DNA of 64,000 bases from the NCBI RefSeq assembly GCF_021869535.1, contig NW_026262604.1:63364001-63428000 (forward strand), given 5' to 3'. The notes under the pieces were generated by a model. The model searched no databases, was not told the origin of the DNA, and worked only from the letters and a program-made list of their open reading frames with translations. The translations under genes and the position numbers were made by a program. The stretch comes from Mytilus californianus. Taxonomy: Eukaryota. Below, one piece after another: positions 37,047 to 50,929 of the stretch; position 1 is the first letter of the stretch; each line of letters opens with the position of its first letter.

Positions 37047-40000
37047 TGAAGATAAGCGGAAAATTTGGAATGCCAATGGATGGAAAAAGAGGGTATATTA
37101 GATAGGGACAGAAAGTCAGCCTTACAACAGAGCACCTACAGACCATCAGAGGGTTACCAGGGTTCTTAACGTGCATATACAGTGATATTCTCTCTACACG
37201 AGGTATCGGATATAACGTCCTTATTTAGACCAGCCGTATATAATTTCATCTCCCCTCCCTGACGTGTTTCCGATTTCATAACTCATTCAAGCCAATAGAA
37301 TCTCAGCCCAACTGTTACAATAACTAACCAATCAGAACTAACTGGCGTTTAGTTTAAAGTTTCCAGATGGTGTGTATTATAATGTATATCGACTGAATCT
37401 AAATTGATGTGAAGCAAAAAGAGATCTTTTTGTGAAATGAGATAGTCTTAGATAATTAACTATGAAAACTGCATGGAAAGGTTTATAGTATCATATGCAT
37501 ACACCACAAAAAACTTAAGTTTCCCGCTGGCGGTAATATATGACAAATGGTATTTTCTGAAAAAGGATTAAAAAAAAAGACAATTTCACTAGAAATATTA
37601 TGCATTTGAAAAAGCTATTGATTTATAAGAATATCCTTATTATAGTAATTTTAAAACAGTCATCACGGCTAGTCTACAGGGACAGATGTAAGTATCTCTC
37701 AAGTGCACTGGTAGAAGAGCAACAGCATTCCATTGAAGGCATTTATGTTAAACTTCCTTATTTTTGTAGAAAAATATTAAGAATAACATGCATTCGGCTC
37801 GAATGTTCTGTTACTAGTAATTGCAGCTATTTTACAAGGTCAAAGGGCATAATATAACACAATTTTAAAACTGCATTGGATTGCCAAGTTTGGAATAAAG
37901 GTGTATGATTTATATATGAAAACCTACATAATCCGATGGCACAAAACATGGACAAGCAGCACGTTAATTAGCACTTTGTTTGAAATGATTTGAATAAATA
38001 CTTCTTCACCAAGAAATATTAAAATCGAAAAAGCTATGGAATTTATAAGAATTTGAACAGATTTTTTCTATACAAGAAACGGTGGCAATTTTTATTGGTC
38101 AATAGGAATATGATATGTATTCTGCAATTAAAAAAAAACCATTTCAACTTCAAGTTGCTTTACTTCAGAATGAATCAAAAGTATAATATTATGCATTTGA
38201 CCCCTAATCTATATTTATAGTAATAACAGTGCTGGTTACATATTCTTTGAAAGAGTACCCTCAATTTTGATTTTTGACAAGTTTAGTGTAAATTGGCTTG
38301 GTTGCTTTAGGGAAGACTTGTGAGGAAAACAAAACGACGACAACTAACGACGGACAACAGACAGGACGACGAAGACATATGCCAGTTGTTGCTATACTTT
38401 ACATGGCTTTAAAAAGCTCCAGTGAGCTAGAGAAGATTGTTCCATGTTGTAGTTATGTTAACAAATGCGACCAATTTCTAACACGGAAGTTGAATATACA
38501 AATACAAGGTTATCATTTAGACATTATCAAAATTGTTGAATAACATAAACAAAACATGTATACTATCGTTTACTATATACCAGTATGCGCTGCTAAGAGT
38601 TTTAAGTACCTATGATTGTTATATCAATTGAACTTTCTATTCTTTGACCATCTCAGCGGATTTCCTGTGTGATCTTTTATATTAGAGTATGTAAACACAC
38701 TTTATTTATACATGTAAATCGATAACGAGACTTGAGGATGGCGGGAACTTTAAAAAGGACATAATAAAATCAAACCGTCCACAATGTGATAGGAAGGGGT
38801 CAGCTGAATTTTTGCAAATTGATAGGGACAGATCAATAACCATCATTTTTTGAAAAAAGCAATTAGTTTCGGAAAGGAAGTAAAAGAAAAAAGTTCGATT
38901 TCATTGCAAATAAGAGAACAAGTTAGATCGGAGACATGATATGTTTCTGGTTAAATGTAATACAGTGACTAAAGAGGTGTAGTTTTTGAGAAGTATGTTC
39001 AATTAAATTGGAAATGTGTTGAATAATAAAGTACTGATTATCTGGAATGCAGTAAAATTGGACCTCTTTTAACTGGTTGTGTTTTTATATATTGAATATG
39101 GTTAAACATTGAACATTTGAAATAAATACTAGAAAATCCAATATGACTATGAATGATAAATGAAATCTGTTTAACGATACCACGTTTCTTTTGAATATCA
39201 AAAGATCTAATCTTATACTTGTTCAAAGAGAGGTACACCTGCTCATATTACAGCAAATGATTCTTTTGGTCTATGAATGAAGCCTATTGGCAATTTGGTG
39301 TTCTGGGAAATGTATACAACTGACAACAGGCTTTTCAGTAAGATGCAATACTTGATATATTTTCCTATCTACATGACTGATCACGGTACTTCAGGAATTT
39401 GGAAATTTCTATAATGTAAGATATTCATAGAACATATAGAAAAGTACGGCCTACAAATTGGAAATGTAACAGCCCGAGCAAAAGTTAACGAAACCCCCAG
39501 AACATAGTTTGTGCCAAAAAATAAAACTATATGATATTTATTAAACAATTGCCTATATTCTGTAATGTCATAAGTATTCTGTAATGAGGTAAATTATGGC
39601 TATTGGAAAATTTTCACTTCCTTTAACCTGAGCCGTTTTATTATGTTCCGTCACCAGAGTTTTTAAATCAGCGCTTATTAGAACTGACAGATTGTATGAA
39701 ATGAAGGTTGATATTTTAATGACTTATGTTGTAAAGTTCTGCCAGGCTTATAAACACCTTGGTGGTCTTATGGTAGCATGATTGCCCTTGAATGCAGGTT
39801 TTATTCCCTGGTGGGTCAAATCAAAGACATCAAAATTCTGTTTTGCTGCATTTAGAAAAAAAGAGAAAAATCTGCTTGGCTTGGGGTCAGAATCAGAAAA
39901 AAAATTGGCCAGATTGGGTGACCTTAAATGCTGGATTTGTGTGGTAGCAGGTTGCTCAAGCTATCCATCTATTTGGGATTTTATTAACTACAAAATTTAT

Positions 40001-40069
40001 GAATGTTGTATATTTTGTATATTTACTTGCATGATCAGAATGTTCATTAAGAATTCTTCTTTGGCTGCA

Positions 40070-41520
40070 AAAAGTAAAATAACAAAAATACCGAACTCCA
40101 AGGAAAATTCAAATCGGAAAGTCCCCTATCAAATGGCAAAATGAAAAGCTGAAACACATCAAACGAATGGAAAACAACTGTCATATTACTGACTTGGTAC
40201 GGGCATTTCCTGATGTAGAAAATGGTGGATTAAACCTGTTTTTATAGCTAGCTAAACCTCTCACTTGTTTGACAGTCGCATGAAATTCCATCATATTGAC
40301 AACAATGTGTGAACAAAACAAACAGACATAATAGGTAAAAATGTCAAAAATAGGGGTACAGCAGTCAACATTGTGTTATGGTCTTAATCACTATAAAAAC
40401 AAACAAATATGTCGACAAAGAAAAACAAAATGGCATATAGACAAAGCACATAAGCACAAATGAAAGACAAGAATACAAAAATGACCACAGCACAACAACA
40501 CAATGGCGGGATGCATAAGTACCGAGCAACGCCAAAAGGATATTGACTTAACAGTAAAGGATAACAATTTATAAAGACAAATAAAAGAACACAAAAAGAA
40601 CACAATTACACGTAATTAAGATAATAAACAACGTCAGTACCTACAATCTATACTATAATTTATACGTCAAGACCATCATGTATTATTTGTGAAGTTGATA
40701 CGGAATATTTATCAACAAGGTCTTGGTATCTTCCGATGATTTGTTTTAGAAAAAGGATGAGACGTTCTTTGACATAACATTGGTTCATCAACCTTCTGCT
40801 CAGACACTAGTGACGTTTCATAAAGTCTGAGTAGCAGCTGCCAGCTCTTGAATACCGAATGAGTTGGGAAATGTATATACAATATGCAAGTTGGTATATT
40901 GCTACTAAGGTTGGGGAAATTAATAATTTCAAAATTAAAATCGTCTCGTTTGTCATTGATTCTGGTACTGAGATGACCGCTCATGTCAAATTCGAGGTAT
41001 AAGTCTAAAAATGAGACGGAGGACGCCGTGTCTGTTGTTTCTTTAATTTCTAGTTCTGGAGGATATATTAATGGAACCCAATCAGAAAAGTTTGGATTGT
41101 TAATGGAAAGAATATCATCAATATATCTGAATGCGAAATTAAATGATCTGGCTTCTTTGATCTTCTTGTTTTTGACAAGTGTCTCAAGGAACTCCGACTC
41201 ATATTAAAATAAGAAGAGGTCGGCAAGAGGAGGCGCACACTTGTTCCCATAGGAATGCCGACAATTTGTAGAAAAAGTCTACCTCCAAATTCAACAAATA
41301 TGTTGTCAATAAGAAACTCCAGCATACTGATCACTTGTTCCTCTGTGTAGCATGTTTTACCTTTGTGTTCACTATTAACAAAATATGCCGTATGGTATCC
41401 CAAAGTAATAACTTTATAGCGTATACTACCATTTTTATATTGAAAAGCATTGTGAATTATTTCTTTTAGACGATTTTTTAATTTCACATGGAGAATGGTG
41501 ATATACAGGGTTGATTATTC
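40070..41520 (-). mobile_element. 5'-truncated Naiad-type Penelope-like element (family 3), RT C-terminal half plus 3' UTR, pseudogenised
   Basis: Minus-strand translation across frameshifts: IDNIFVEFGG...GIPMGT, ADLFL, FRYIDDILS, DKRDDFNFEIINFP, YISQLIRYSRA; terminal stop near 40660. Confidence 0.85.
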
Positions 41521-41822
41521 AAAAGTTTTTGTAAGACATTGACAGTTTTATCCAGCTTCTTAATTTGTGTATAAAAAAAATTGAAAAAAAATGTAAGAAA
41601 TCCCTTTAATTGTTATACCATTTTGATTTTTTCCCCTAAACTTGCAAAATGCTTTGTTTTAATTATATTATAAACAGCTGGATGTTCCAACATTTAAAAA
41701 CCAGATAAATTATCATATGCCTACAACAATAAGAAAAAAAAATCATTACTAGTATGTTTTTTCGATGTTGATATATACTACTGGAACAAAAGAGGAGATA
41801 TATTTTTAAAAAAGTTTATTGT

Positions 41823-41984
41823 CAGTGGCGGATTCAATGGGTGCGTAGAGGGAGTATTTCCCTTTCGATTGGAAAGTATCATGATTTTTGGAATAAAACC
41901 GCCCAAATAATTTTCGGCGGTGTTTCTACCATTTTATGTAATTACGCCCCACCCCCTTTTAAAAAATCATAAGATTCGCCCCTG
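41823..41984. mobile_element. Short MITE related in its termini to 7914-8071
   Basis: Termini CAGTGGCGGAT ... ATTCGCCCCTG. Confidence 0.5.
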
Positions 41985-42229
41985 ATTGCTGTAACAATAG
42001 TAAAGATATGTACACACAGTATGTGCACCTTTGTTGAAAGTTCTTATCTGTAGGAAACTGATGAAAGACCGAGGCATCAAAAATGTTCACAAAATAGCTT
42101 TTATGTTCTTATAATATACAAGATAATGGAGTATGTGTCCGAGCGAGAACTTCTCTATGTTCATTACTTAAGGAATATTTATCTTAAACTCATATTTCAC
42201 TATTCAGCCCCATTCTACTATTTAGTCAG

Positions 42230-45200
42230 ACGTCAGGCGCTACCCTGATATACCCTGTCTTTTGTTTTTGTCCTCTGGTTTTGTAGTTTACGTTTTTTTG
42301 TCGGGTACTTGATGACGGATAGCGTTTGACGTCTTTAGCCGAACAGTTTTATCTTTTTACTTTATTCAATTCCTGTGTGCTGGTTCATACTCTGGACGCC
42401 AGTCTTTGCTTATTTCAATTGGAAATACGGATAACAAAAAACAAAAAAAGAAACTCAGAAATGGACAAATACTAAATACCAAACTCGTTCAAAGGGTATC
42501 TACACGTCTCAATCTTCAAAATCGCTTATTTAAGAATACTACAATCGCTAACATTTTCAATAATAAAAATCTTGGTAACCCGTCTATCGATAAGTGTAAT
42601 GACTTACATGTCTCCGTCTTTCCACCAACAATACCGTTAGGTCCACGTTAAATGGTCGCACATTTTCCTTCAATTTTGAAACTAATATAAATTGAAAAAC
42701 TAACAGCATTATCTATTTACTCACATAAAACAAACCGGGATGCGGTATTCAGTACGTAGGTGAAACTGGACGCTATTTATCTAAACGCACGCAAGAACAC
42801 CTTTATCGTTTTAAAAGACCCCATAAATTCAAAAGTATCATTTATCAACACCTTTAGAAGCACAATCATACTATTAAATATTTAACAGTTCAACCTTTAG
42901 AAGTAGCAGTCTGGGGAATCTCATTCAAAGTTTGTACGATCACGGAAAATAATTGAATTAAATTGGATTAAAAACTTACAGGCAGTCTATCCTCTCGGTC
43001 TTAATGATAATATCATGGGAATTGGTAATATATCTAGAACCGATTCTGTTAACATTTTGGATATAGTTTCTTAAACCAACAACCAAAATATTTCGGACCT
43101 AATTACTATTTCAAAAAACAACGACAGACATTACTGTTAACCAAGCTCTGTTCTTTACATGTTAATAAATTACATCAAATTTTAGAGGATTGCAACACAA
43201 TTCCATACTGCAGTCCTAAGTATGAAATCGTCCAAATTATAATTGCATATTGTTATTCTAAACTTTTTCCCAAAATTGATCGCCTTGAAGATCATTAAAA
43301 AACATTTTATTAAAATCAAATATGTCAATAAAGGTTTTGATTTTGTAAATATTGCGGTATTCTAAATGATCATTCCGTAAAAGAACAAATTCCTGGTTTA
43401 TTTATAATACTGAGCTCCCTCTTATTTGTTATGTTTACAAAAAATCTACCCGGAAATATGTGTTTAGTTATAGCGAAGTGTGTAAAGATGTTAATATCAG
43501 TGACAATACACATACGTCATGAAATTGCAGTAATTTCAAATTCATGTTTGTCCTCAGTTCCCATGTTATAACAGGAGACCTTAGAACGTCCATGACCGAG
43601 AGTTGACATCATTCCTCAGTAAAGGACCTAAATATAACCCCCCGTCAATTATTAATTGGAATGAGTGTCGTAACATCATCCACGACTCACTTCGTACTTA
43701 CTGCTCGAAATGGATAAAACGAGAAAAAGCTGACAAAAAAACCTTAGATTCTTTTTTTAATTCAGTAATGAACAAAGTGGATATTCGTATTAAACATTTT
43801 AAAGAACATTTTACTCCTTACAACAACCATAATAGCCCTATCTCTCGTATCAAACATAAGCTAAAAGAACTCGCCAAGGAATCTGTTTTTGTCACGGCTG
43901 ATAAGGCTGCTAATAATATCATTATTGTTTGACGTAAATTTTACACTGAGGTTCTGTAAAAGGAAATCACGAATTCACCAACATTCCAACTGACTCCATT
44001 TTCGAAAAATGACATCTGTAACAAACATAAAGTTTTAGCTACCTCTTTACAAGCAGAACCAAATACAATGAAAGTTCCAACTATGTACTAGCTTCCGAAG
44101 CTGCACAAAACACCTTACAAATATAGATTTATTTCGTTTTCAAGCCATTGTTCCACTACTAAACTGTCTATTCTACTTACTAGTACACTTGGTACATTCA
44201 AAAACTTTGTAATAAATTGTTCAAATAAGGCCTTTGAAAATAGTGGAATTGATTACTTTTGGAGTGTCAAAAATTCGTTGGAAGTACTTGATAAATTGCA
44301 TGCTTATATTGGTGATTTCGTATCTGTTCAAAGTTTAGATTTTTCTACCCTATATACCACTTTGCCTCATAATCTTATTAAGAAAAAATTCACACACCTA
44401 ATTAAATGGGCATTTAAAAAGTCAGAATGTGAATATATATGTTTTAACTCTTTTAGGTCATTTGTTAGTAACAACAGACACAAGAACTATGTCAATTGGA
44501 CCTGCTTTGTTACGATAACTGCCCTTGAATTGTTACTAGATAACATTTTTGTTCGCTATGGAGATTCCATATATCGTCAAGTTATCGGAACTCCAATGGC
44601 GACTAACTGTGCACCACTTTTTGCAGACCTGTTTCTGTATTGTTATGAGTTACAATTGATGACTAAAATTAGCAAAGACCCATCGAAACAACATCTGATA
44701 CAAAAATTTAATAACACGTTTAGATATTTTGATGATATATTGGCTCTCAATAATGACGACTTCAGTATGTACACTAAAGATATTTATCCTGCTGAACTGA
44801 CTTTAAATAAAGCTAAGACTAAAATTAACACTGCCTTTTCCTGGATCTTGATATCTATATCGTTAACGGGAAGCTAAATACAAATGTAACACAATTTATG
44901 ATAAAAGAGATGATTTTTCAGTTCCTATTGTTAGTTATCCATTTTTAGATGGTGACGTTCCATTGTCACCATCTTATGGTGTTTATATATCTCAACTTGT
45001 TCGATTCGCTCGTGTATGTAACAACGTATTTTATTTTAACGAAAGAAACCTCTGTATTACTGAAAAAGTATTACACCAGGGTTTTCGATATCACAAGCTA
45101 GTCAAAACATTTACTAAATTTTATCATCGGTACAAGGACATCATTCGTAAATATAAATCAACATGCAGACATCTTATACGTTCAGGTATTTCACATCCAA

Positions 45201-46013
45201 TCTTTTATGGTAATTTTCTATACAATGCACAAAAATGTCGACATTCACCTCAAAAGATAACCAAACCTTTAAACAGCCTTATTCAGAAGGGATATAGTTA
45301 CGATACTGTTGTCAGGTGATTAAAGATGGCATATTTTGGTATTATTATTGATTCACTCATATGGACTTTGCATCGGAAATTAACACATTTATTCTAAAAC
45401 CAGTTGTTGGCATGATATGGGTTATGTTCTTTTCATATATTTTATGATGGTATGATACTAAACCCCCTAATGGGAGGGATTGTACTTGATTTTCATATGA
45501 TGAAGACATAATCTTTCAATCAGTTTAACTGAGGTCTGGAGCTGGCATGTCAGTAAATGCTAGTAGTCCTTTGTTCATTTATGTATCATTGTCATTTTTC
45601 CGAGTTTCTTTTGTTACCTATTCTGACATCGGACTCGGACTTCTTTTAAACTGAGTTTTACTGTGCGTATTGCTGTGTGTTTGTTTATTCTACATTAGCT
45701 AGATGTATATAGGGAGGGTTGATATCTCACAAAACATGTCTAACCCCGCCGCATTTTTGGGCCTGTCCCAAGTCAGGAGCCTCTAGCCTTTTTTAGTCTT
45801 GTATGTTTTTTAATTTAAGTTCATTTATATGTTTTAGAGTTTAGTGTGACGTCCATTTTTCATTGAATTAGTACACATCTTTGTTTAGGGGCCAGTTGAA
45901 GCCCGCCCCCGGATGCGGGATGTTTCCACTGTGTTGAAGATCCATTGGTGGCCTATGGCTGTTTTCTGCTTTTTGGTCGGGTTGTTTTCTCTTTGACACA
46001 TTCCCCATTTCCA
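42230..46013 (+). mobile_element. Near-full-length Naiad-type Penelope-like retroelement (GIY-YIG endonuclease - CxC linker - RT), decayed; 5' boundary approximate
   Basis: From 42600: IIYLLT*NKPGCGIQYVGETGR..KRTQEH and ELNWIKNLQAVYPLGLN (GIY-YIG); S*NCS...HVITGDL (CxC linker); KGPKY; ADKAANN; PKLHK; DFSTLYTTLPH; GTPMATNCAPLFADLFL; FRYFDD; YDKRDDF; SYGVYISQL. The endonuclease precedes the RT. Confidence 0.9.
45422..45511 (+). ncRNA. Canonical type II SECIS element in the retroelement 3' UTR
   Basis: Long helix I (TTATGT/ACATAA, TCATAT/ATATGA); core A-TGAT (45444-48) / TGAT (45487-90); helix II GGTATGATAC/GGATTGTACT (9 of 10 paired including G-U); AAA at 45460-62, 11 nt after the core; ministem CCCCC-TAAT-GGGAG. 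Confidence 0.85.
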
Positions 46014-48044
46014 GCTATTAAAAGATTACGTTACAAGGTAATTTAAACAAATGACACCATCAATTGTCTCCATCAGCTGCTTACATCCACGTCATTTGGA
46101 CTGCGATGGATAGTTGTCTCATAACCAATCATACCATATCTCCTTATTTTTATAATCATAAAGGAGTTACTGTCTTTCCCAATGTTTAGATAACAGTTTT
46201 AGACCTATTTAAGCTTGTTTTACTATAATAAATATAGGAAGATGTGGTATAAGTGCCAATGAGACAACTCTCTATCCAAGTTACAATTTATAAAAGTAAA
46301 CCATTATAGGTCAAGGTACGGCCTTCAACACGGATAAGAATTTTAAAAACTGAAATTGATAGACAAAAAATAAAAACAGCAATAAATGATCAACAATTCA
46401 AAATCTACAAAAATACCAATATGACTGAAGCAATTAATTGTCTCCATGTGTATGTTATTGTCCAATGTGAAAAAATAAAACAAAAGAACAGCTTTATTTA
46501 TGTTTTCATTATGTAATCGTTCATTGTGAAAGAAACCAACTTTTACAATATATCATATTGTCCATGATTACAAAACCAACTGCCCATAGACACAAAGCAA
46601 AAAAAAAATCGACTGACAGTTTGCACTACTCTTGATAACAGCCACCGTATTTTACTGTTTTGGCATTTTTTTATACAAAGCTATCAAATAAGTGCAATTT
46701 ATCATTTTATTAGTTTTATTTACAACAGAAGAATATGACATCATTTAAGGCTGTGTCATCCCCTGAACTGCCTTGTTGTCCCTCTACCCTTGTCTGTAAG
46801 CCACAGATTGCAGTCCTACGAGGACAAGTACTCCAGCCACTAAAGTGTCCCCAGAAACCACTTCCGCCAATTTCATATCCAGGCCAATACCAATTTAAAG
46901 CTTTACACCTGAATTTTACGTAGTTGGCTGCGGTGTCATCTCCTCTTCCCTAAAATATAATTTGTTTCTTGTTAAAATAATTGATCGTTGAAAAGGTCTT
47001 ATAATTCAGATAAAGAAGGATAACATTTCATAATTCACATAATTAAAAATAAGATAATTTTGTTTAGAATGATTATCATAATCCATCAAATAAACAATTC
47101 ATTTTTATTCATAATACTCACCATTGTGTTTAAGTAGAGAAACTGACGGTGTATACTATCAAGAATGTCCACTCAAAAGCAGACTATTTTTCATACATGT
47201 ATAAAACCATGAAATAAAAATGTCGGCCTTCAATTTATGGTTAGAAAACTAGTAAATATGGCGATCACGTGGTTTCCATTGTTGCTTTTAAAACTGAGGT
47301 CTAGCCGGGTCGGTTTTCAACTGTATATTAATTAGTGTGTTCGTCCGTATTGTATTCGTAACAATACTAAATCCTTGTTTTCGTAACATCTATACCAAAG
47401 CGTGTATTTTCTTGACAATTAAAAACAAATATTCGGTCTCAATTGGCATTGTGTACCCTCCTGCTTTTATTTTTTTTCTGATTAATATTTGAGGTTTCCA
47501 AATCTACAAACATGACAAATAGGCGTAGGCATTTTGTATCTCCAACTCCCCCTAAAGAAATTGAGTCGATTGTGATACAGGATTCAAAGATTAATCATAA
47601 CATAACCATAACGCAATTATGTATCAATTATAATTTATTTTCTGAACCGTTGTTTTTTGTTTGAGAATAACATGGACATAGCCATGTTTGCCTTTATGTT
47701 TAATGAGGGTATCTATTTGAATTGTATCAGTATAAACTTAAATGGCCATGGATTTTCAGATATGGGGATGGGAATATGAGTTTTACGTAGCCCAAGCTTA
47801 AAACACAATACAGTTATTTCCTAATTAGATTTCATATTTAAAGACAGATTGGAAGAGTTTTGAAAATAAACCGGGGTGGTATCAAACAGACTCCTTCGAA
47901 AGTAACCAAACTCATTATGACGGGCTTGGGCAGATGTCAAATTACGTTAATAACTTAACACTGCAGTAATGAACCAGTTGTGACAAAAAGGGAATGAAAA
48001 AGCTTTAAAATATGTTGAATGCAAATAAATTGTAATCTAATAAA

Positions 48045-48308
48045 CGAAACACTGACTTTAGTATTACTAGTATAAATTATTAAAAACACTGACTTCAGTA
48101 TTACTAGTATTAATTATTAAAAACACCGACTTTAGTATTACTAGTATTAATTATTAAAAACACTGACTTTAGTATTACTAGTATTAATTATTAAAAACAC
48201 TGACTTTAGTATTACTAGTATTAATTATTAAAAACACTGACTTTAGTATTAGTAGTATTAATTATTAAAAACACCGACTTTAGTATTACTAGTATTAATC
48301 ATTAATTA
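48045..48308. repeat. 37-bp minisatellite, 7 copies, abutting the exon 2 splice donor of VMO1 copy A
   Basis: CAC(T/C)GAC starts at 48050, 48087, 48124, 48161, 48198, 48235 and 48272. Copy B has only one diverged unit (about 62636-62678). Confidence 0.95.
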
Positions 48309-48664
48309 CCTGTTTGCCTTCTACTTGTAGAGAGAAAGATGTAAGTAAATGCGTTCGCTATCCACATTTCATAAAACCACTCCATCCACCCCATGGTCCA
48401 TACCCAGATGTTACTGTGAATCCATTATTTGATCGTCTTTTTTTTGTACCACAGAGCAGTTTTATACCATTCAGCGAGGTATCATCTCCTCGACTTCCTT
48501 GCTTCCCTTCAATCTATTTTAAAATTGAACCGAAAAATTTTATTTGTAAAACATCATCCGATCAACATCCAATCTACCCTTATTTTATTCTTTGATGATA
48601 ATGATGATGATGCGGATTGATATTAATGGTCTAGTGACAAATGTTACATTCATATCCTCACGAG

Positions 48665-48921
48665 AACATAACGATGATGTTAATGTAAAATGAATATGAA
48701 CCCTGCTTTGTACTAAACCGACATGCTGAGCCGAATATTACATATGAACTGTCCGCAAGAAGACATGTGTTCCTACCCGGAGACTTTATTGTGAGTTTGA
48801 GCTGATTTGTCTTTTCTCTTACTCCTAAATGACCGTGCTCAACGGAGTAGCAGCTAATACCAATTATAAAGTCTTTGGTTGACCCAACCCACATCATCCC
48901 ACACTTGTAGCAATTACGCTA

Positions 48922-48924
<3 letters not shown>
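48665..48924 (-). mobile_element. Degraded tRNA-derived SINE in VMO1-A intron 1, followed by (TA)n at 48924-48966
   Basis: An orthologous copy lies at 62975-63243 in copy B. The reverse complement resembles the degenerate plus-strand copy at about 39760-39930. Confidence 0.5.
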
Positions 48925-48971
<47 letters not shown>

Positions 48972-49964
48972 GAAGATGTGGTATGACTGCCAATGAGACA
49001 ACTCTCCACAAGAGACCAAATGACACAGAAATTAACAACTATAGGTCACCGTATGGCCTTCAAGACCACATAGGCGGTTTAAATGAAGTTGAAGTAACAA
49101 GTTTTGTTATATATATAAATTAAGATGGTTAATGTATTAACCTCAATGGCTACTTCGTATTATAAAACACGTGTACATAGAATTTAAAAAAATCTCTTTT
49201 ATTATCCAATGCTACAGGACATTTACTGTTATTGAATGATTATAATCCCATTCTCTAAATTCGCTGAGAGCCTTTTCGTAAGCAGTTACCATTAAATGAC
49301 CCCTCTCGTAAATCTGCAATCGTACTGCACAAGTTCGATGGGAAAGAATAAGTCAACTAACACGAACAGAAGGCAGTATTCGCTGATTCTGAAAGACAGT
49401 GATTATACACCAAATCATTGGAAAACTGTTATGAAAAAGCTTAATATTTTACATTACGTGTATGTTTCATCAGAATCCGTACCTTTGATTGGCTGACCAC
49501 AATCGGGAGGCATTCCAAAATCATATTTAATTTTTCAATAAAATGCAACTTTTATGATTGCAAGTGCTTCCCATGACAATGTCACAGTAATGCATAGGAA
49601 AACAAACGAAAAGCATGATATAACTCATTATTTGATGATTGTAGCATAAAAATGTAAATGTAAGAATCGAATGAATCTTTTTGTAATTTTATAGGTTATT
49701 AAAAGGTTTCACACCACCAATTTAGAACGTATGTAAAAGTAGCCCTTCCCTGACAAAAATAGTGCTTTTGATATCATTGTTTACTTAAACTAACCATCAA
49801 ATTTGATGAAAAAAATGAAACTGTTGATGAAAGAGAAATACATGTTGAGCATTTTGAGTTAAAATTTACTTGTCCATGAGATTGCATTAAAAATTGAGGA
49901 TTAATGCGCTCCATAGAATACTTATTTAAGATTACCAGAAACCAGCTAGCTAGGGGTTATCTTT

Positions 49965-50929
49965 AATGTATGTGAGGTTAGCTGCCGGTTCGTTATTCGA
50001 TATTCAATATCCAACCGGCTGCTAGCAGTCGGTTCGATTTTTAAATTTAAGTTAAAAATAATAAAAAAAAAAAAAAAATATTCTTTAAAATCAAAAGCAT
50101 GATAGTCATAGTTAAAAGCAGTAAAAAGATATGTAGGAAATCGTTTTATGACCCCTTCGAGTATATATTAAAATATAAAGCTTATGTAAATCGCACATTT
50201 GTTTTTTTTAAATATAGATTTTTATCAATAAAATGCAATCAAAGATGCACTTTTATACATGCTATTTCTAGAAACAAAAACAAACGATCACTCTAGTAAC
50301 TTTAAAAAAATATAAAATAAGAAAGAATTATGGAAAGCAAAACAAAAAGATATTTTCCAGCAAAAAATCGTCTAAAATTCAGGTTAAAGGGCACAGGGTC
50401 TTTCAATGTCCAGAAAATTGAATGATCTTTTAGACTATGTTTATCTGTATATATTTTGAATATCAAACTGGCTCTTTGAGCCCTCCATAAATATAGAAGA
50501 CAAAAAGTTTACCCAAATTCCTTTTGATGTCATTTATATCTATATATCAACTAACTATACACATACTATTATGAAGATTGAGAGATCAGGAAGATCTAGC
50601 CAACGCCCTGTGCCCTTTTACCTGAATTTTGACGATTTGTGTTTGAAAAGTAACAGTTTAAGCCCTCCGTAATATTTGATTTACATAAGGGTTTATATTT
50701 GAGCACAACGAGAATTAACGATAACTTGAATTGGTCACAAAAAGATTTCCTACATCTCTTGATTTTTACTCCTTGTAATTATTACTATCATGCTTTTAAT
50801 GTTATTAAAATTTAAATTCGTATTAGATACAACTAAGAAAATTTGAATATCGAACCGACTGCTAGCAGCCGGTTGGGTATTGAATATCGAATAACGAATA
50901 ACGAACCGGCCGCTAACTTCACATACATT
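49965..50929. mobile_element. Non-autonomous TIR element (~960 bp, ~85-bp TIRs) in VMO1-A intron 1
   Basis: ATGTATGTGAGGTTAGCTGCCGGTTCGTTATTCGATATTCAATATCCAACCGGCTGCTAGCAGTCGGTTCGAT is inverted at 50845-50929 with few mismatches and one 7-bp indel. Confidence 0.75.

Noticed and set aside
40070-40660. SECIS in the 3' UTR of retroelement family 3
   Set aside because: I could not fold a convincing UGA/GA core with a correctly spaced AA by eye; SECISearch on the minus strand would settle it.
45317-45319. TGA near the RT C-terminus as a further selenocysteine
   Set aside because: The aligned family-2 fragment has Ser here (VIRSL), so it is more likely a decay mutation.
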